Assembly: GCA_019057375.1 (NCBI GenBank) | Contig: DXJF01000149.1 | Coordinates: 1 to 57,951 of the forward strand | Source of the DNA: Candidatus Heimdallarchaeota archaeon | GTDB taxonomy: Archaea; Asgardarchaeota; Heimdallarchaeia; Heimdallarchaeales; Heimdallarchaeaceae | Reading direction: 5' to 3' | DNA: 57,951 nucleotides | Part shown: piece after piece, positions 19,351-28,944 of the stretch | How the letters are laid out: each line of letters begins with the position of its first letter | How positions within the stretch are numbered: the first letter of the stretch is position 1 | Notes under the pieces: model-generated | What the model was told of the DNA's origin: nothing | Database searches by the model: none | Seen by the model: only the letters and a program-made list of their open reading frames with translations | Made by a program: the position numbers and the translations under genes

Positions 19351-20484
19351 ATGAAGAAATACAAAATTGCAGTTTTACCAGGTGATGGTGTTGGTGTTGA
19401 CGTAACAGAAGCAGCAATGAAAGTTTTGGATGCTGTTGGATTCAGTGAAAAAGCTGAATATACCTATGGAGATATAGGCTGGGAATTTTGGTGTAAGGAA
19501 GGAAATCCTTTACCAGATAGAACAATTGAGCTTCTAAAGAATTCAGACTGTTCTTTGTTTTCAGCTATCACATCAAAACCAAAAGAAGAAGCTGAAAAGG
19601 AATTAGTTTCAGAATTACTAGGTAAAGGGTTAATTTACTTTAGTCCTATTGTGAGATTACGACAACTGTTTGACCTTTATATCAACTTACGTCCTTGTAA
19701 AGCTTATCCGGGTAATCCTCTTAATTACAGGGATGATATTGATTTGGTAGTTTTTCGTGAAAATACTGAAGGGCTTTATGTCGGAATAGAATGGCATCCT
19801 GTCCCAGAAGCAGTAATGAAAACAATTATTGAAAATCATCCCAAGGCAAAACGATTTGAAGAAGCGAATCTTGATGATGTAGCCATATCTACTAGAATAT
19901 TCACTCGAGAAGGAGTTCAACGTATTCTAAAGGCTAGCATGGATTATGCGAAGGAGTTTGACTACCCTACTGTAACTGTTGTAGAAAAACCAAATGTTAT
20001 CAGAGAAACAGGCGGTTTAATTATACGAGAAGCAAGAAAACTGATACAAGATTATGACAATATAGAATTGTGGGAAACCAACATCGATGCAATGGCTATG
20101 TGGTTAGTAAAAAATCCACAGAATTACGGAGTTTTAGTAGCTTCTAACATGTTCGGAGATATTGTTTCAGACCTAGCAGCTCAGTTAATAGGCGGATTAG
20201 GTTTTGCTTGCTCAGGAAATATAGGCGAAAATTTTGCTGTTTTTGAGCCAACCCATGGATCTGCTCCAAAGTATGTGGGGATGAATAAAGTAAACCCAAT
20301 TGCACAAATTCTTGCTGCAAAAATGATGTTGGGCTGGTTAGGTGAAAAACACATGGCCAACAAGATTGAAGATGCAGTAGCAGCTGTAATTGTTGAAGGA
20401 AAATATCGCACTTATGATATGGGTGGAAATACAACAACTTCTGAAATGGCAGATGCTATTTGCGAGAAAATAAATTCTCTTTAA
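19351..20484 (+). CDS. Isocitrate/isopropylmalate dehydrogenase family, homoisocitrate dehydrogenase-like
   Basis: LPGDGVG, YFSPIVRLRQ..DLY.NLRP, RENTEGLY, NMFGDIVSD, EPTHGSAPK. Confidence 0.85.
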   Translation: MKKYKIAVLPGDGVGVDVTEAAMKVLDAVGFSEKAEYTYGDIGWEFWCKEGNPLPDRTIELLKNSDCSLFSAITSKPKEEAEKELVSELLGKGLIYFSPIVRLRQLFDLYINLRPCKAYPGNPLNYRDDIDLVVFRENTEGLYVGIEWHPVPEAVMKTIIENHPKAKRFEEANLDDVAISTRIFTREGVQRILKASMDYAKEFDYPTVTVVEKPNVIRETGGLIIREARKLIQDYDNIELWETNIDAMAMWLVKNPQNYGVLVASNMFGDIVSDLAAQLIGGLGFACSGNIGENFAVFEPTHGSAPKYVGMNKVNPIAQILAAKMMLGWLGEKHMANKIEDAVAAVIVEGKYRTYDMGGNTTTSEMADAICEKINSL

Positions 20485-20577
20485 CTTGTTTTTTCCTTCA
20501 TTTTTTTCTTATACCATTTTCTATGAAAATCAATACCCCATAAATACATAAGGATAATCTTATTACTTCTTTATTAG

Positions 20578-21864
20578 TTGGTGAAACTGAGCGAAATGAC
20601 TAGCTTCACACTTATTGAAAAAATCATTAGAAATCGTACAGATTCTTCAGATAGTGAAATCTATCCAAACAACATAGTATGGATTGATCTTGATTTGGTC
20701 ACGGCAAGAGATTATGCAGGACCTCAAGTCATAGATCTATTTCAAAAAAATTATACTGGTTCTAAAACATTCAATAATGAAAAAATTATCTTTACTCCAG
20801 ATTGTTATCCTTATGGCAATGATCCAAAGCATGCAAAAGATCAAGAAAAAATTCGTGTATTTGCAAAAGAACATGGAATCAAGGTAACTGATCTCGGATC
20901 AGGTATAGGGTCTCATTTATTGTTTCGAAGAGGTTTTTCAAAACCAGGAGATATAGCTATTGGAGCTGATAGTCATTATAATATTCTTGGAGCTTTAGGA
21001 ATCTTAGGTCAAGGAGCGGGAGATGTCATGCTTGCTTTTGCTTTGAAAACAGGAAAATCATGGATAAAAATTCCTGAAACTGTAAAAGTTATCTTAAAAG
21101 GAGATTATGAGTGGCCAACAACAGCAAAAGATTTAGCTCTTTATGTTCTTAAAGAACTTCATGAATATGGAATTACAGGTAAAGCTGTCGAATTCTATGG
21201 TGAAATTATTGACAAGTTATCAATTGAAGAAAGAGTGACTTTATGTTCTCTGATTACAGAAGCTTCAGGCGTTATTGGATTTGTACCTGCTGATAAAATT
21301 ACAACTGATTATTACTCCGAGAATGGAATCGAGATAGAAATGTTATCCGCTGATGAAGATGCAAGATATGTCTCAGAATTAGTCTTAGATATTCAAAATT
21401 TAGGCCAATACATTGCATGTCCTCCACATCCACATAATGTCAAAAAAATTGAGGAAGTAATTGGTATTCCTATAAATTCTATTGTTATTGGTTCTTGTAC
21501 AAATGGAAGTTCAGCAGATATTCATGATGCTGCAAAGATTCTAAAGGGACATAAAATCAACCCAAATGTGAGATTTGGAGTAGTTCCTGCAACTAGAGAG
21601 GATTTCGTTTCAATCAATCTAAATGGTGATATGGCAATAATTCTAGAATCTGGTGGAAACTTTTTTGGTGCAGGCTGTTCAACCTGCGCGAAAGGACAAT
21701 ATGGTTTAACTGGGGGTGAAACAGCTGTAACTCTAACAACAGGAAACAGAAATACTCAAGGTAAAATTGGTCCCGCAGATGTTTATTTAGCTAGTCCTGT
21801 TGTAGCAGCAGCTACAGCAATTGAAGGAAAAATTGCTGCTCCTAAAGAGGTGGTTAAAAGATGA
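20578..21864 (+). CDS. Divergent LeuC/HacA-type aconitase-family large subunit
   Basis: GADSH, IGSCTNG and GAGCSTC (three Fe-S Cys) and TGNRN are kept; several substrate-site His residues are replaced. Confidence 0.8.
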   Translation: MVKLSEMTSFTLIEKIIRNRTDSSDSEIYPNNIVWIDLDLVTARDYAGPQVIDLFQKNYTGSKTFNNEKIIFTPDCYPYGNDPKHAKDQEKIRVFAKEHGIKVTDLGSGIGSHLLFRRGFSKPGDIAIGADSHYNILGALGILGQGAGDVMLAFALKTGKSWIKIPETVKVILKGDYEWPTTAKDLALYVLKELHEYGITGKAVEFYGEIIDKLSIEERVTLCSLITEASGVIGFVPADKITTDYYSENGIEIEMLSADEDARYVSELVLDIQNLGQYIACPPHPHNVKKIEEVIGIPINSIVIGSCTNGSSADIHDAAKILKGHKINPNVRFGVVPATREDFVSINLNGDMAIILESGGNFFGAGCSTCAKGQYGLTGGETAVTLTTGNRNTQGKIGPADVYLASPVVAAATAIEGKIAAPKEVVKR

Positions 21865-22367
21865 ATAAAGAAACAATCAAAGCTAAAGCAAAGCTAGTCA
21901 TGGTAGATGACATTGATACTGACCAAATATTTCATCAATCCTTATTAACAATTCATGACCCCAATGAAATAAAACCGCATATTTTCGGGAATCTTGAAGG
22001 GTATAAGAGTTTTGGAAAGGAAAACAATGTTGGGAAAATACTATTGGTTGGTAAAAATTTCGGTAAAGGATCCACAAGGCAACAAGCTGTAACAGGATTT
22101 CTAGCTCATGGAATCAAAGCAATAATTGGTGTATCTTTTGGACCAATTTATTATAGTAATTCTGTAAATTCAGGTTTACTCCTTGTAGAAGTACCAGGAA
22201 TATCTGAATTCAATGTTAAAGAAGATGATGATCTAGAAATAGACATAACTCAATCATTAATTATCAACCAAAATAATGGGGAGACCATTAAATGTGCTAA
22301 AATACCTCAGCCAGTATTAGATATAATGAAAGCTGGTGGTCTTTTAAAACTTGGAGAAATAATGTAA
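21861..22367 (+). CDS. Divergent LeuD/HacB-type small (swivel) subunit
   Basis: DDIDTDQI, GKNFGKGSTRQQA (canonical GxNFGCGSSREHA). Confidence 0.8.
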   Translation: MNKETIKAKAKLVMVDDIDTDQIFHQSLLTIHDPNEIKPHIFGNLEGYKSFGKENNVGKILLVGKNFGKGSTRQQAVTGFLAHGIKAIIGVSFGPIYYSNSVNSGLLLVEVPGISEFNVKEDDDLEIDITQSLIINQNNGETIKCAKIPQPVLDIMKAGGLLKLGEIM

Positions 22368-22370
22368 GAA

Positions 22371-24230
22371 GTGGGATATATGAATGGTAAAACATTTTCA
22401 GAAAAACTTTTTTCGTTTAAGTCAAATACACATGTGAAAGCTGGTGACATTGTTTATGCAGAACCTGATTTAATTCTGTCACACGACAATTCAGCATCAA
22501 TAGAAAAAACTTTTCAAAAAATGGGTGGAACAAAAATCAAATTTCCTGAACGTCTTGTAATCGTCTTGGATCATGATTCCCCACCAACGAGTGCCAAGAT
22601 AGCAAATGATCATAAAAGTATTAGAGAATTAGTTAGAAAGCAAAATATCACTAATTTCTATGATGAGGGGAGGGGAATCTGCCATCAATTGATGTCCAAC
22701 CATGCTTCACCTAATATGCTCATTGTTGGATCAGATTCTCATACATGCACAAGTGGTGCATTTGCTACATTTGCAGCAGGAATTGATAGAACAGAAACAG
22801 CAGGATTGTGGTTAACAGGAAAGACTTGGTTTAGAGTACCTGAAACAATCAAAGTTGTGCTAAATGGGAAATTGTCTTTGGGTGTTTATGCAAAAGATAT
22901 TGCTTTATGGTTAATGAATAAAATAGGCGCTGCTGGAGCGACCTATTATGCAATTGAGTTTCATGGAAAGGGAATCGAAACTTTGTCTATATCTGAAAGA
23001 ATGACACTAACAAACCTAGCTTCAGAGATGGGTGCTAAAACTGCTATTTTTCCACCAGATAAAGTTTTAATCAATTGGTTAAAGGAGAAATATAGTTCAT
23101 CTGTAATTCCACAAGATAAACTATTCTGGTCAGACAAAGATGCAATATTCAGCAGAGAAATCATTCTAGATTTAGGCAAATTGGAACCTTTAGTTGCAGT
23201 TCCACATCAAGTAGACAATACACAATTTGCCAAAAAACTGGAAGAAACCCCCATTCATCAAGCTTTTCTGGGAACTTGTACAAATGCCAGATTAGATGAT
23301 TTAGAGATTGCTGCAAAAATAATCAAAAATAAAAAAGTGAAAAACGACATAATATTTCTTGTAGCTCCAGCTTCGAATAAGATCTATCTTGAAGCATTAG
23401 AGAAGGGGATTATTCAAACACTTGTTAAGGCAGGCGCAACAATACTTTCATGCAGTTGTGGTCCTTGTTTAGGCAAAGGACAAGGAATACCGGCTGACGA
23501 TTGGAATGTTTTATCTACTGCAAACAGGAATTTTCTAGGAAGAATGGGAAATAAAAATGCACGTATATTTTTAGCATCTCCAGCTACTATAACAGCTTCT
23601 GCAATTGAAGGAAAAATTACAGATCCCAGAAAACATCTATCATCTAGAGCCATAAGAGAAGAAACTGAAATAGTGCTACAATATAGAGATGTAGAAACTA
23701 AAACCCTTGAAATAGACTCTAAAGACGATAGATACAGCATGTATGTTTGGGATTATAGTGATATTGATGATTTCAACACAGATCAGATGTTTGCTGGAGG
23801 TCTTACATACGACATTAAGTCTTCAGAGGGGGATAAAATAGTACCACATCTATTCAAAGGCTTAGATGAAACTTTTGCAGCTAGAATTAAGAAGGGGGAT
23901 ATTGTAATAGGTGGCGAAAATTTTGGATGTGGTTCATCAAGAGAACATCCAGCTGTAGGACTTGCAGCTGCAGGTGTGAAAGCTGTTATTGTAAAATCAG
24001 TCTCTCGAATCTTTTATAGATCTGCAATTAACCAAGGATTACCAATCATTGTACATCAAGAGTTTGTCGATAAATTTGATAAAACACAGCAAACAATAAT
24101 TGACTTGGAAAAGGGCCAAATTACAAATGGAGGTCAAGTTTATTCTTTCCCAAAACTACCAAGTGAATTACTAGAAATATTCACAGCTGGAGGACTTATC
24201 AAATATTATCAAAAACAATATTCAAACTAG
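22371..24230 (+). CDS. Single-chain (fused large + small) homoaconitase/isopropylmalate isomerase-like hydratase
   Basis: SHDN, LDHD, GICHQ, GSDSHTCT, GTCTNAR, CGPCLG, TANRNF.GRMG, then DDFNTDQ and GENFGCGSSREH. Confidence 0.88.
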   Translation: MGYMNGKTFSEKLFSFKSNTHVKAGDIVYAEPDLILSHDNSASIEKTFQKMGGTKIKFPERLVIVLDHDSPPTSAKIANDHKSIRELVRKQNITNFYDEGRGICHQLMSNHASPNMLIVGSDSHTCTSGAFATFAAGIDRTETAGLWLTGKTWFRVPETIKVVLNGKLSLGVYAKDIALWLMNKIGAAGATYYAIEFHGKGIETLSISERMTLTNLASEMGAKTAIFPPDKVLINWLKEKYSSSVIPQDKLFWSDKDAIFSREIILDLGKLEPLVAVPHQVDNTQFAKKLEETPIHQAFLGTCTNARLDDLEIAAKIIKNKKVKNDIIFLVAPASNKIYLEALEKGIIQTLVKAGATILSCSCGPCLGKGQGIPADDWNVLSTANRNFLGRMGNKNARIFLASPATITASAIEGKITDPRKHLSSRAIREETEIVLQYRDVETKTLEIDSKDDRYSMYVWDYSDIDDFNTDQMFAGGLTYDIKSSEGDKIVPHLFKGLDETFAARIKKGDIVIGGENFGCGSSREHPAVGLAAAGVKAVIVKSVSRIFYRSAINQGLPIIVHQEFVDKFDKTQQTIIDLEKGQITNGGQVYSFPKLPSELLEIFTAGGLIKYYQKQYSN

Positions 24231-24240
24231 AGGGATAAAA

Positions 24241-25557
24241 ATGAAATTATACGAATATGAGGCAAAACAGATTTTTGAGCAGTTTAACCTTAAAATTCCT
24301 AAACAAATAGCAATAATAGAAAGCGTTGAAGATTTAGTTGATATATCTTTAGAATTTCCAATTATGGTTAAGGCTATGGTTTTGATTGGAGGGAGGGGAA
24401 AAGCAGGAGGAATAAAGAAAGCTGAAACTATTGAGGAAACAGAGAGCATCATAAAGGAAATGTTGGGTTTAACAATTCATGGTTATCCCATAAAGAAAAT
24501 TTTACTTGAGGAAGCTGTTGATATTGCAAGTGAAATCTACTTATCCATAACCACCGATCCTGCAACTTTTGATATAGTATTGGTGACATCTGCAAGTGGG
24601 GGTGTTGATATAGAAGAAGTTGCTCGAACTAAACCAGATGAAATATGGAAGAAAGTACTAAGAAATAATGATAAATCTTTGAATGTTGAAATAGGAAAAA
24701 AAGCTGCAGAATTTCTAGTAGATAAAAATCAAAATCTCAAACCAGTGAGTGAAAAACTCCAACAAACTATTGAATCTCTTTATTTGGCTTTTCAGAATGC
24801 TGAAGCAAAAATTTGTGAAATAAACCCTCTAATTGTAACAAAAAACGGAGATATAATTGCTGCTGATGCAAAATTTGTACTTGATGATAACAGCTTGTAT
24901 AGACAAACACCTTTGCTGAAATCAATTGGAATAGATCCCGGAAGTAAAAGACACGATGTTTCAGAGCAAACAGTTTTTGAAGCAAAAGCATATCAAATCG
25001 GTTTTCCGTTTCTTGATTTACTTGAGAATCCAGAGAATTTCGTGAAAGATGAAGAGAAACTGTATGTAGGTCTTGTTCCAGGAGGAGCAGGATATGGAAT
25101 TTTTTCTGTAGATGAAACTGTTAATGTTGGAAATCGATATTTCAATGGTAAGGTTATTCCAATAAATTTCATGGATAGTGGTGGCGGCCCTTCAATAAGC
25201 AAGGTTGCAGATATGTTTCATCTCCTAATGGATCATCCCGCAACAGATCTGATTATAACTAGTCGTTTTGGGGGGATATCTAGTTGTGATGTCTTCATTC
25301 AAGGATTGATTATGTCATTAAGAGATAGATTCATTGCTAAGAAAAGGATGATACCAGTTTTTGGTCGAATGGTTGGAACTGATTTAGCAGCTGCAAAAGC
25401 TTTCCTTGAGAAAGCTAAGCTAGAAACTCCAGAACCATTGATAGACCTACACATCATTGTTGGAAATCAAAAGATAATGGCTGATGTCATTAAAGATGGA
25501 ATTGAATATGGGTTTAAAGTGAAAAAGCAAAGTGAGAACAAGGAGGGTATTAAATGA
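24241..25557 (+). CDS. ATP-grasp acyl-CoA synthetase beta subunit (SucC / ATP-citrate lyase beta-like), divergent C-terminal domain
   Basis: MKLYEYEAKQIF, GGRGKAGGIK, SASGGVDIEE, EINPL, ADAKFVLDDN; C-terminal PGGAGYG and NFMDSGGG. Confidence 0.82.
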   Translation: MKLYEYEAKQIFEQFNLKIPKQIAIIESVEDLVDISLEFPIMVKAMVLIGGRGKAGGIKKAETIEETESIIKEMLGLTIHGYPIKKILLEEAVDIASEIYLSITTDPATFDIVLVTSASGGVDIEEVARTKPDEIWKKVLRNNDKSLNVEIGKKAAEFLVDKNQNLKPVSEKLQQTIESLYLAFQNAEAKICEINPLIVTKNGDIIAADAKFVLDDNSLYRQTPLLKSIGIDPGSKRHDVSEQTVFEAKAYQIGFPFLDLLENPENFVKDEEKLYVGLVPGGAGYGIFSVDETVNVGNRYFNGKVIPINFMDSGGGPSISKVADMFHLLMDHPATDLIITSRFGGISSCDVFIQGLIMSLRDRFIAKKRMIPVFGRMVGTDLAAAKAFLEKAKLETPEPLIDLHIIVGNQKIMADVIKDGIEYGFKVKKQSENKEGIK

Positions 25558-27695
25558 TAACTGATAAACTAGCTGTGGATCAAGGACTTCTCTATTATCT
25601 CATCAAACACATTCATCCTGAACTCGCTCAGAAAATATCCGGAAAGAAAACAATTGAAACAATGATTGTTGGATTAGGAAGACAAGGAACTCGACACGCA
25701 CAACTTATGATGGAATATGGGACCAACGTTACTTGTGGAGTAGCACCAGGCAAAGGTGGTACATTTGTTCATGAAACTGTTCCTGTTTATGAATCTGCTG
25801 ATGTAGCAAAAAGGAAACACCCTGATATAGCGGTAGCAAGTATATGGAAACATTATTCTTCTGCTAAAGATGCTACAATTGAAGTTATTAGATCAGGAAT
25901 TCCTATTGTTGTTCTAATTTCAGAATTTATTCCACTTAAGGATGTAAGAGACATTCTAGTTGAAGCTAGAAAACATAAAACAATCTTATTTGGAGGTAAC
26001 ACACCAGGAATAATATTTCCTCCAGAAGGAATAAAAGTGGGTATGCTTCCAGATATTTTTCAGGCTCAGAAAACTGATAACAAAATTGGTCCTAAAGGAG
26101 TGACAATATTATCACGAAGTGGAGCTATTCTATATCATTTATCTGATGCACTAGCTAGTGCAGGAATTGCTCAAAATGGAGTTTTGGGGGTAGGGGGAGA
26201 TGGAGCTATTGGTTCTCGCTTTATAGACCTTGTATCAAGAATAATGCGATACGAGCACACAGATTTAGTTGTTATCGCTGGTGAAATTGGTGGAATGCAG
26301 GAAGAATTGCTAGCCCAAGACATGAAAGCAAATCCAGAAAAATATCAAAAACCCCTAGTTGCATTAATATCCGGAGCCAATGCTCCGGAAGGAAAAACCA
26401 TGGGTCATGCTGGAGCTGTAATTTCTCCCGGGCAAAGTTATGGTACTTATCAATCAAAGAAGGAATCCTTGGAAAAAGCAGGAGTAACAGTGATAAACCA
26501 TCAAAGAGATTTAATAGATGCTGTAAAGTCAAAATTAAATCGAACATATTTTGATATTGAGGAATATTACTCAAAAATGCGCAAAAAATGGGATGCTAGA
26601 CCACCAGTGAAAACTTGGGGGACTTTAGTAACTAATGTAATGCCAAACAATTTGATAATTCGAGGATATCCTCTACAAGAAATTATAGCAAAGAAAGGAT
26701 TTCTGGAAACGTCATATTTACTCCTTAAAGGAGAATTCCCTGAAGAAGCTCAACTTAAAGAGCTTGAGGATACTGCAAAGAAAGCAACAAAACAAGAATT
26801 CACAGACCTTAAATCGATTACCATAAGTTCAGACATATCTAAAACCCTTGGAACATTGATGTTGGTCGATAATAAACTTGCAGATTTTGTAAGAATGAAT
26901 TCTGAAGAAACAAAAATCGCAGCTTATACATTGGGAAGAGTCTTGAAGTATTTTGCATATATTCTAGGCAATTTAGATCATCTAGAATCTTCTTCAGTTT
27001 CTGAAACATCGTTCTCAGAAATGATATATCTAGGATTGGTCAAAGAAAAAAACCCAGACACACTTAAAGTTAAGCTGTTAGAAGCAATGATTACTGCTTG
27101 TGTAGATCACGGAATCACACCACCATCTGCTCAAGCGACAATAATCCTAGCGTCGACTAGAGCTAATTATGAAGTAGCTGTAGCTGGAGGTTTACAAGCA
27201 ATTACTGATGTTCATGGTGGTGCAGGACAAAAGGCAGCTAAATTCTTCTTATCAGTTGTTGAAAAAGCTGAAAAAGAAAAATTGGAACTCGATGAATCCA
27301 CCTTCAAATTGATACGTGAAACAATCAAAACCGGCAAAAGAATTGAAGGTTTAGGTCACCGTATTCATACACAAGATCCTAGAAGAGATGTTTTATGGAA
27401 ACTTGCAGAAGATGCAGGATATGCAAAGAGTTGTGTCGATGTTTCAAAAATGATTAGCAGTACTTTCCACCGTGTGCGAGGAATGAACCTTCCTATTAAC
27501 GTAGATGGGGTTATTGCTGCAATTACAGCTGACATGGGATTAGACCCAAAACTTGCAAAAGTTATTTTTGTATTTGGAAGAACAGCAGGATTGGCTGCAC
27601 ATTATTTTGAGGAAATTAATACTCAACCTCAGATGAGAAGGATAGCGTTTGATAACGCTACTTACAAAGGACCATCAATTAGAGAAATTAAATAG
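25554..27695 (+). CDS. Fused SucD-like CoA-binding/phospho-His domain + citrate-synthase-fold (citryl-CoA lyase-like) domain; ATP-citrate lyase alpha-type architecture
   Basis: GVAPGKGG, SRSGA, EIGG, GKTMGHAGA (phospho-His); then IIRGYPL, DHGITPPS, VHGGAG, GLGHRIH..DPR, INVDG, GRTAGLAAH. Confidence 0.82.
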   Translation: MITDKLAVDQGLLYYLIKHIHPELAQKISGKKTIETMIVGLGRQGTRHAQLMMEYGTNVTCGVAPGKGGTFVHETVPVYESADVAKRKHPDIAVASIWKHYSSAKDATIEVIRSGIPIVVLISEFIPLKDVRDILVEARKHKTILFGGNTPGIIFPPEGIKVGMLPDIFQAQKTDNKIGPKGVTILSRSGAILYHLSDALASAGIAQNGVLGVGGDGAIGSRFIDLVSRIMRYEHTDLVVIAGEIGGMQEELLAQDMKANPEKYQKPLVALISGANAPEGKTMGHAGAVISPGQSYGTYQSKKESLEKAGVTVINHQRDLIDAVKSKLNRTYFDIEEYYSKMRKKWDARPPVKTWGTLVTNVMPNNLIIRGYPLQEIIAKKGFLETSYLLLKGEFPEEAQLKELEDTAKKATKQEFTDLKSITISSDISKTLGTLMLVDNKLADFVRMNSEETKIAAYTLGRVLKYFAYILGNLDHLESSSVSETSFSEMIYLGLVKEKNPDTLKVKLLEAMITACVDHGITPPSAQATIILASTRANYEVAVAGGLQAITDVHGGAGQKAAKFFLSVVEKAEKEKLELDESTFKLIRETIKTGKRIEGLGHRIHTQDPRRDVLWKLAEDAGYAKSCVDVSKMISSTFHRVRGMNLPINVDGVIAAITADMGLDPKLAKVIFVFGRTAGLAAHYFEEINTQPQMRRIAFDNATYKGPSIREIK

Positions 27696-27703
27696 GATGT
27701 TGA

Positions 27704-28519
27704 TTGGAGAAAAGAATGAATGATCTAGCATTTGAGATAATTGGAGATATATTGATTATCAGAGATGATTCGGATGAAAATTCTTTGAAAGACTTTGCAG
27801 AAGAAAAAATTCAAAAACACTCTTTTATTAAAACAGTATTGCTTCAAACCTCCAAAATCCAGGGACAAGAGCGAAAAAGAAATCTCAGGTATGTTATGGG
27901 AAAAAACAAATCAGAAACAATACACAAAGAGCACGGAAATTCATTCTTAGTGGATCTATCTGAAGTATTTTTCTCTCCTCGCTTGAGCTACGAAAGACAA
28001 AGAATTGCTAATTTGGTTGTAGAAAACGAAATAATCCTAAATTTCTTTTCAGGAGTTGGTCCGTTTAGTATAGCTTTGGCATCGAAATGCAATTCATGTG
28101 TTGTTCATAGTATTGAAATAAATAAAACAGCATATGATTATTTTCTAAAAAATATTGAACTAAACAAATGTCAGGAAAAAGTTATTCCTTATTTCGGAGA
28201 CGCTTTTGAGATTGTTCCAAAAATGTTCATCAACAGTGTAAATAGAGTTTTGCTTCCTTTACCCCTAGATTCAGATAAAGCCCTTCCAATAGCTTATCAA
28301 ACTCTGAAAGACGGAAGAGGAGTTATTCATTGGCAAATTACAGAAAGAATAAGCTCAAAAAAGATAAGAGAAGAAATGATTACTGACAGAATTAATAGAA
28401 TCCCTCATTCGTACATTTTCTCTACGAATTATACAATTACAAATATGAGATTGATTAGATGGTTAGGTCAAAAAATAGCACATATTGCAGTAGATTTAAG
28501 TTTTAAAACTCTTGAATAG
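27704..28519 (+). CDS. Trm5/Tyw2 (Met-10+) family tRNA-modifying SAM-dependent transferase
   Basis: FEIIGDILI, HKEHG..F.VD...VFFSPRL..ERQRI, NFFSGVGPF, IEIN. Confidence 0.85.
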   Translation: MEKRMNDLAFEIIGDILIIRDDSDENSLKDFAEEKIQKHSFIKTVLLQTSKIQGQERKRNLRYVMGKNKSETIHKEHGNSFLVDLSEVFFSPRLSYERQRIANLVVENEIILNFFSGVGPFSIALASKCNSCVVHSIEINKTAYDYFLKNIELNKCQEKVIPYFGDAFEIVPKMFINSVNRVLLPLPLDSDKALPIAYQTLKDGRGVIHWQITERISSKKIREEMITDRINRIPHSYIFSTNYTITNMRLIRWLGQKIAHIAVDLSFKTLE

Positions 28520-28937
28520 AACTAACGTAATCTGCGTATTCCTCAAGTTCTTTAAAATAATCTTCCGATGTAAAGATATATTCATTTGAGTTATTAATAT
28601 CTCGAATAATTTGTAAGAAATCCTGAAGAGATAAAATTCCATTAGTAATTAATAAATCGAAATTCACAATTAAACAGACAGCATTTTTCATTACACTTAA
28701 GGTATCAAATAAAGTGTTTCTGACATTATTCACTGTTTCATTAGATTCAATTATTACATATGGGATAGAGTCTTCTAGCTCTAAATCCGGAATCCAAGTA
28801 AAAGAATTATCAACAATGATTATTGATACTGGTATTGAGTGCCCTTTTGCTCTTAAAATTGATCCTAATCCAGTATGAAAAGCTCCTTCTCTCACACCAA
28901 AATAGTAATGGGTTAAGTAAAGATCTGTCATAATCAT
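28503..28937 (-). CDS. Degenerate CobO/BtuR-like protein lacking the P-loop
   Basis: GLGSILRAKGH and GILSL..FL.II...EYIFTS......LEEYADYV align by eye with BtuR motifs, but GxGKGKT is replaced by GVREGAF. Confidence 0.45.
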   Translation of the reverse strand: MIMTDLYLTHYYFGVREGAFHTGLGSILRAKGHSIPVSIIIVDNSFTWIPDLELEDSIPYVIIESNETVNNVRNTLFDTLSVMKNAVCLIVNFDLLITNGILSLQDFLQIIRDINNSNEYIFTSEDYFKELEEYADYVSSIQEF

Positions 28938-28944
28938 CTACTTA

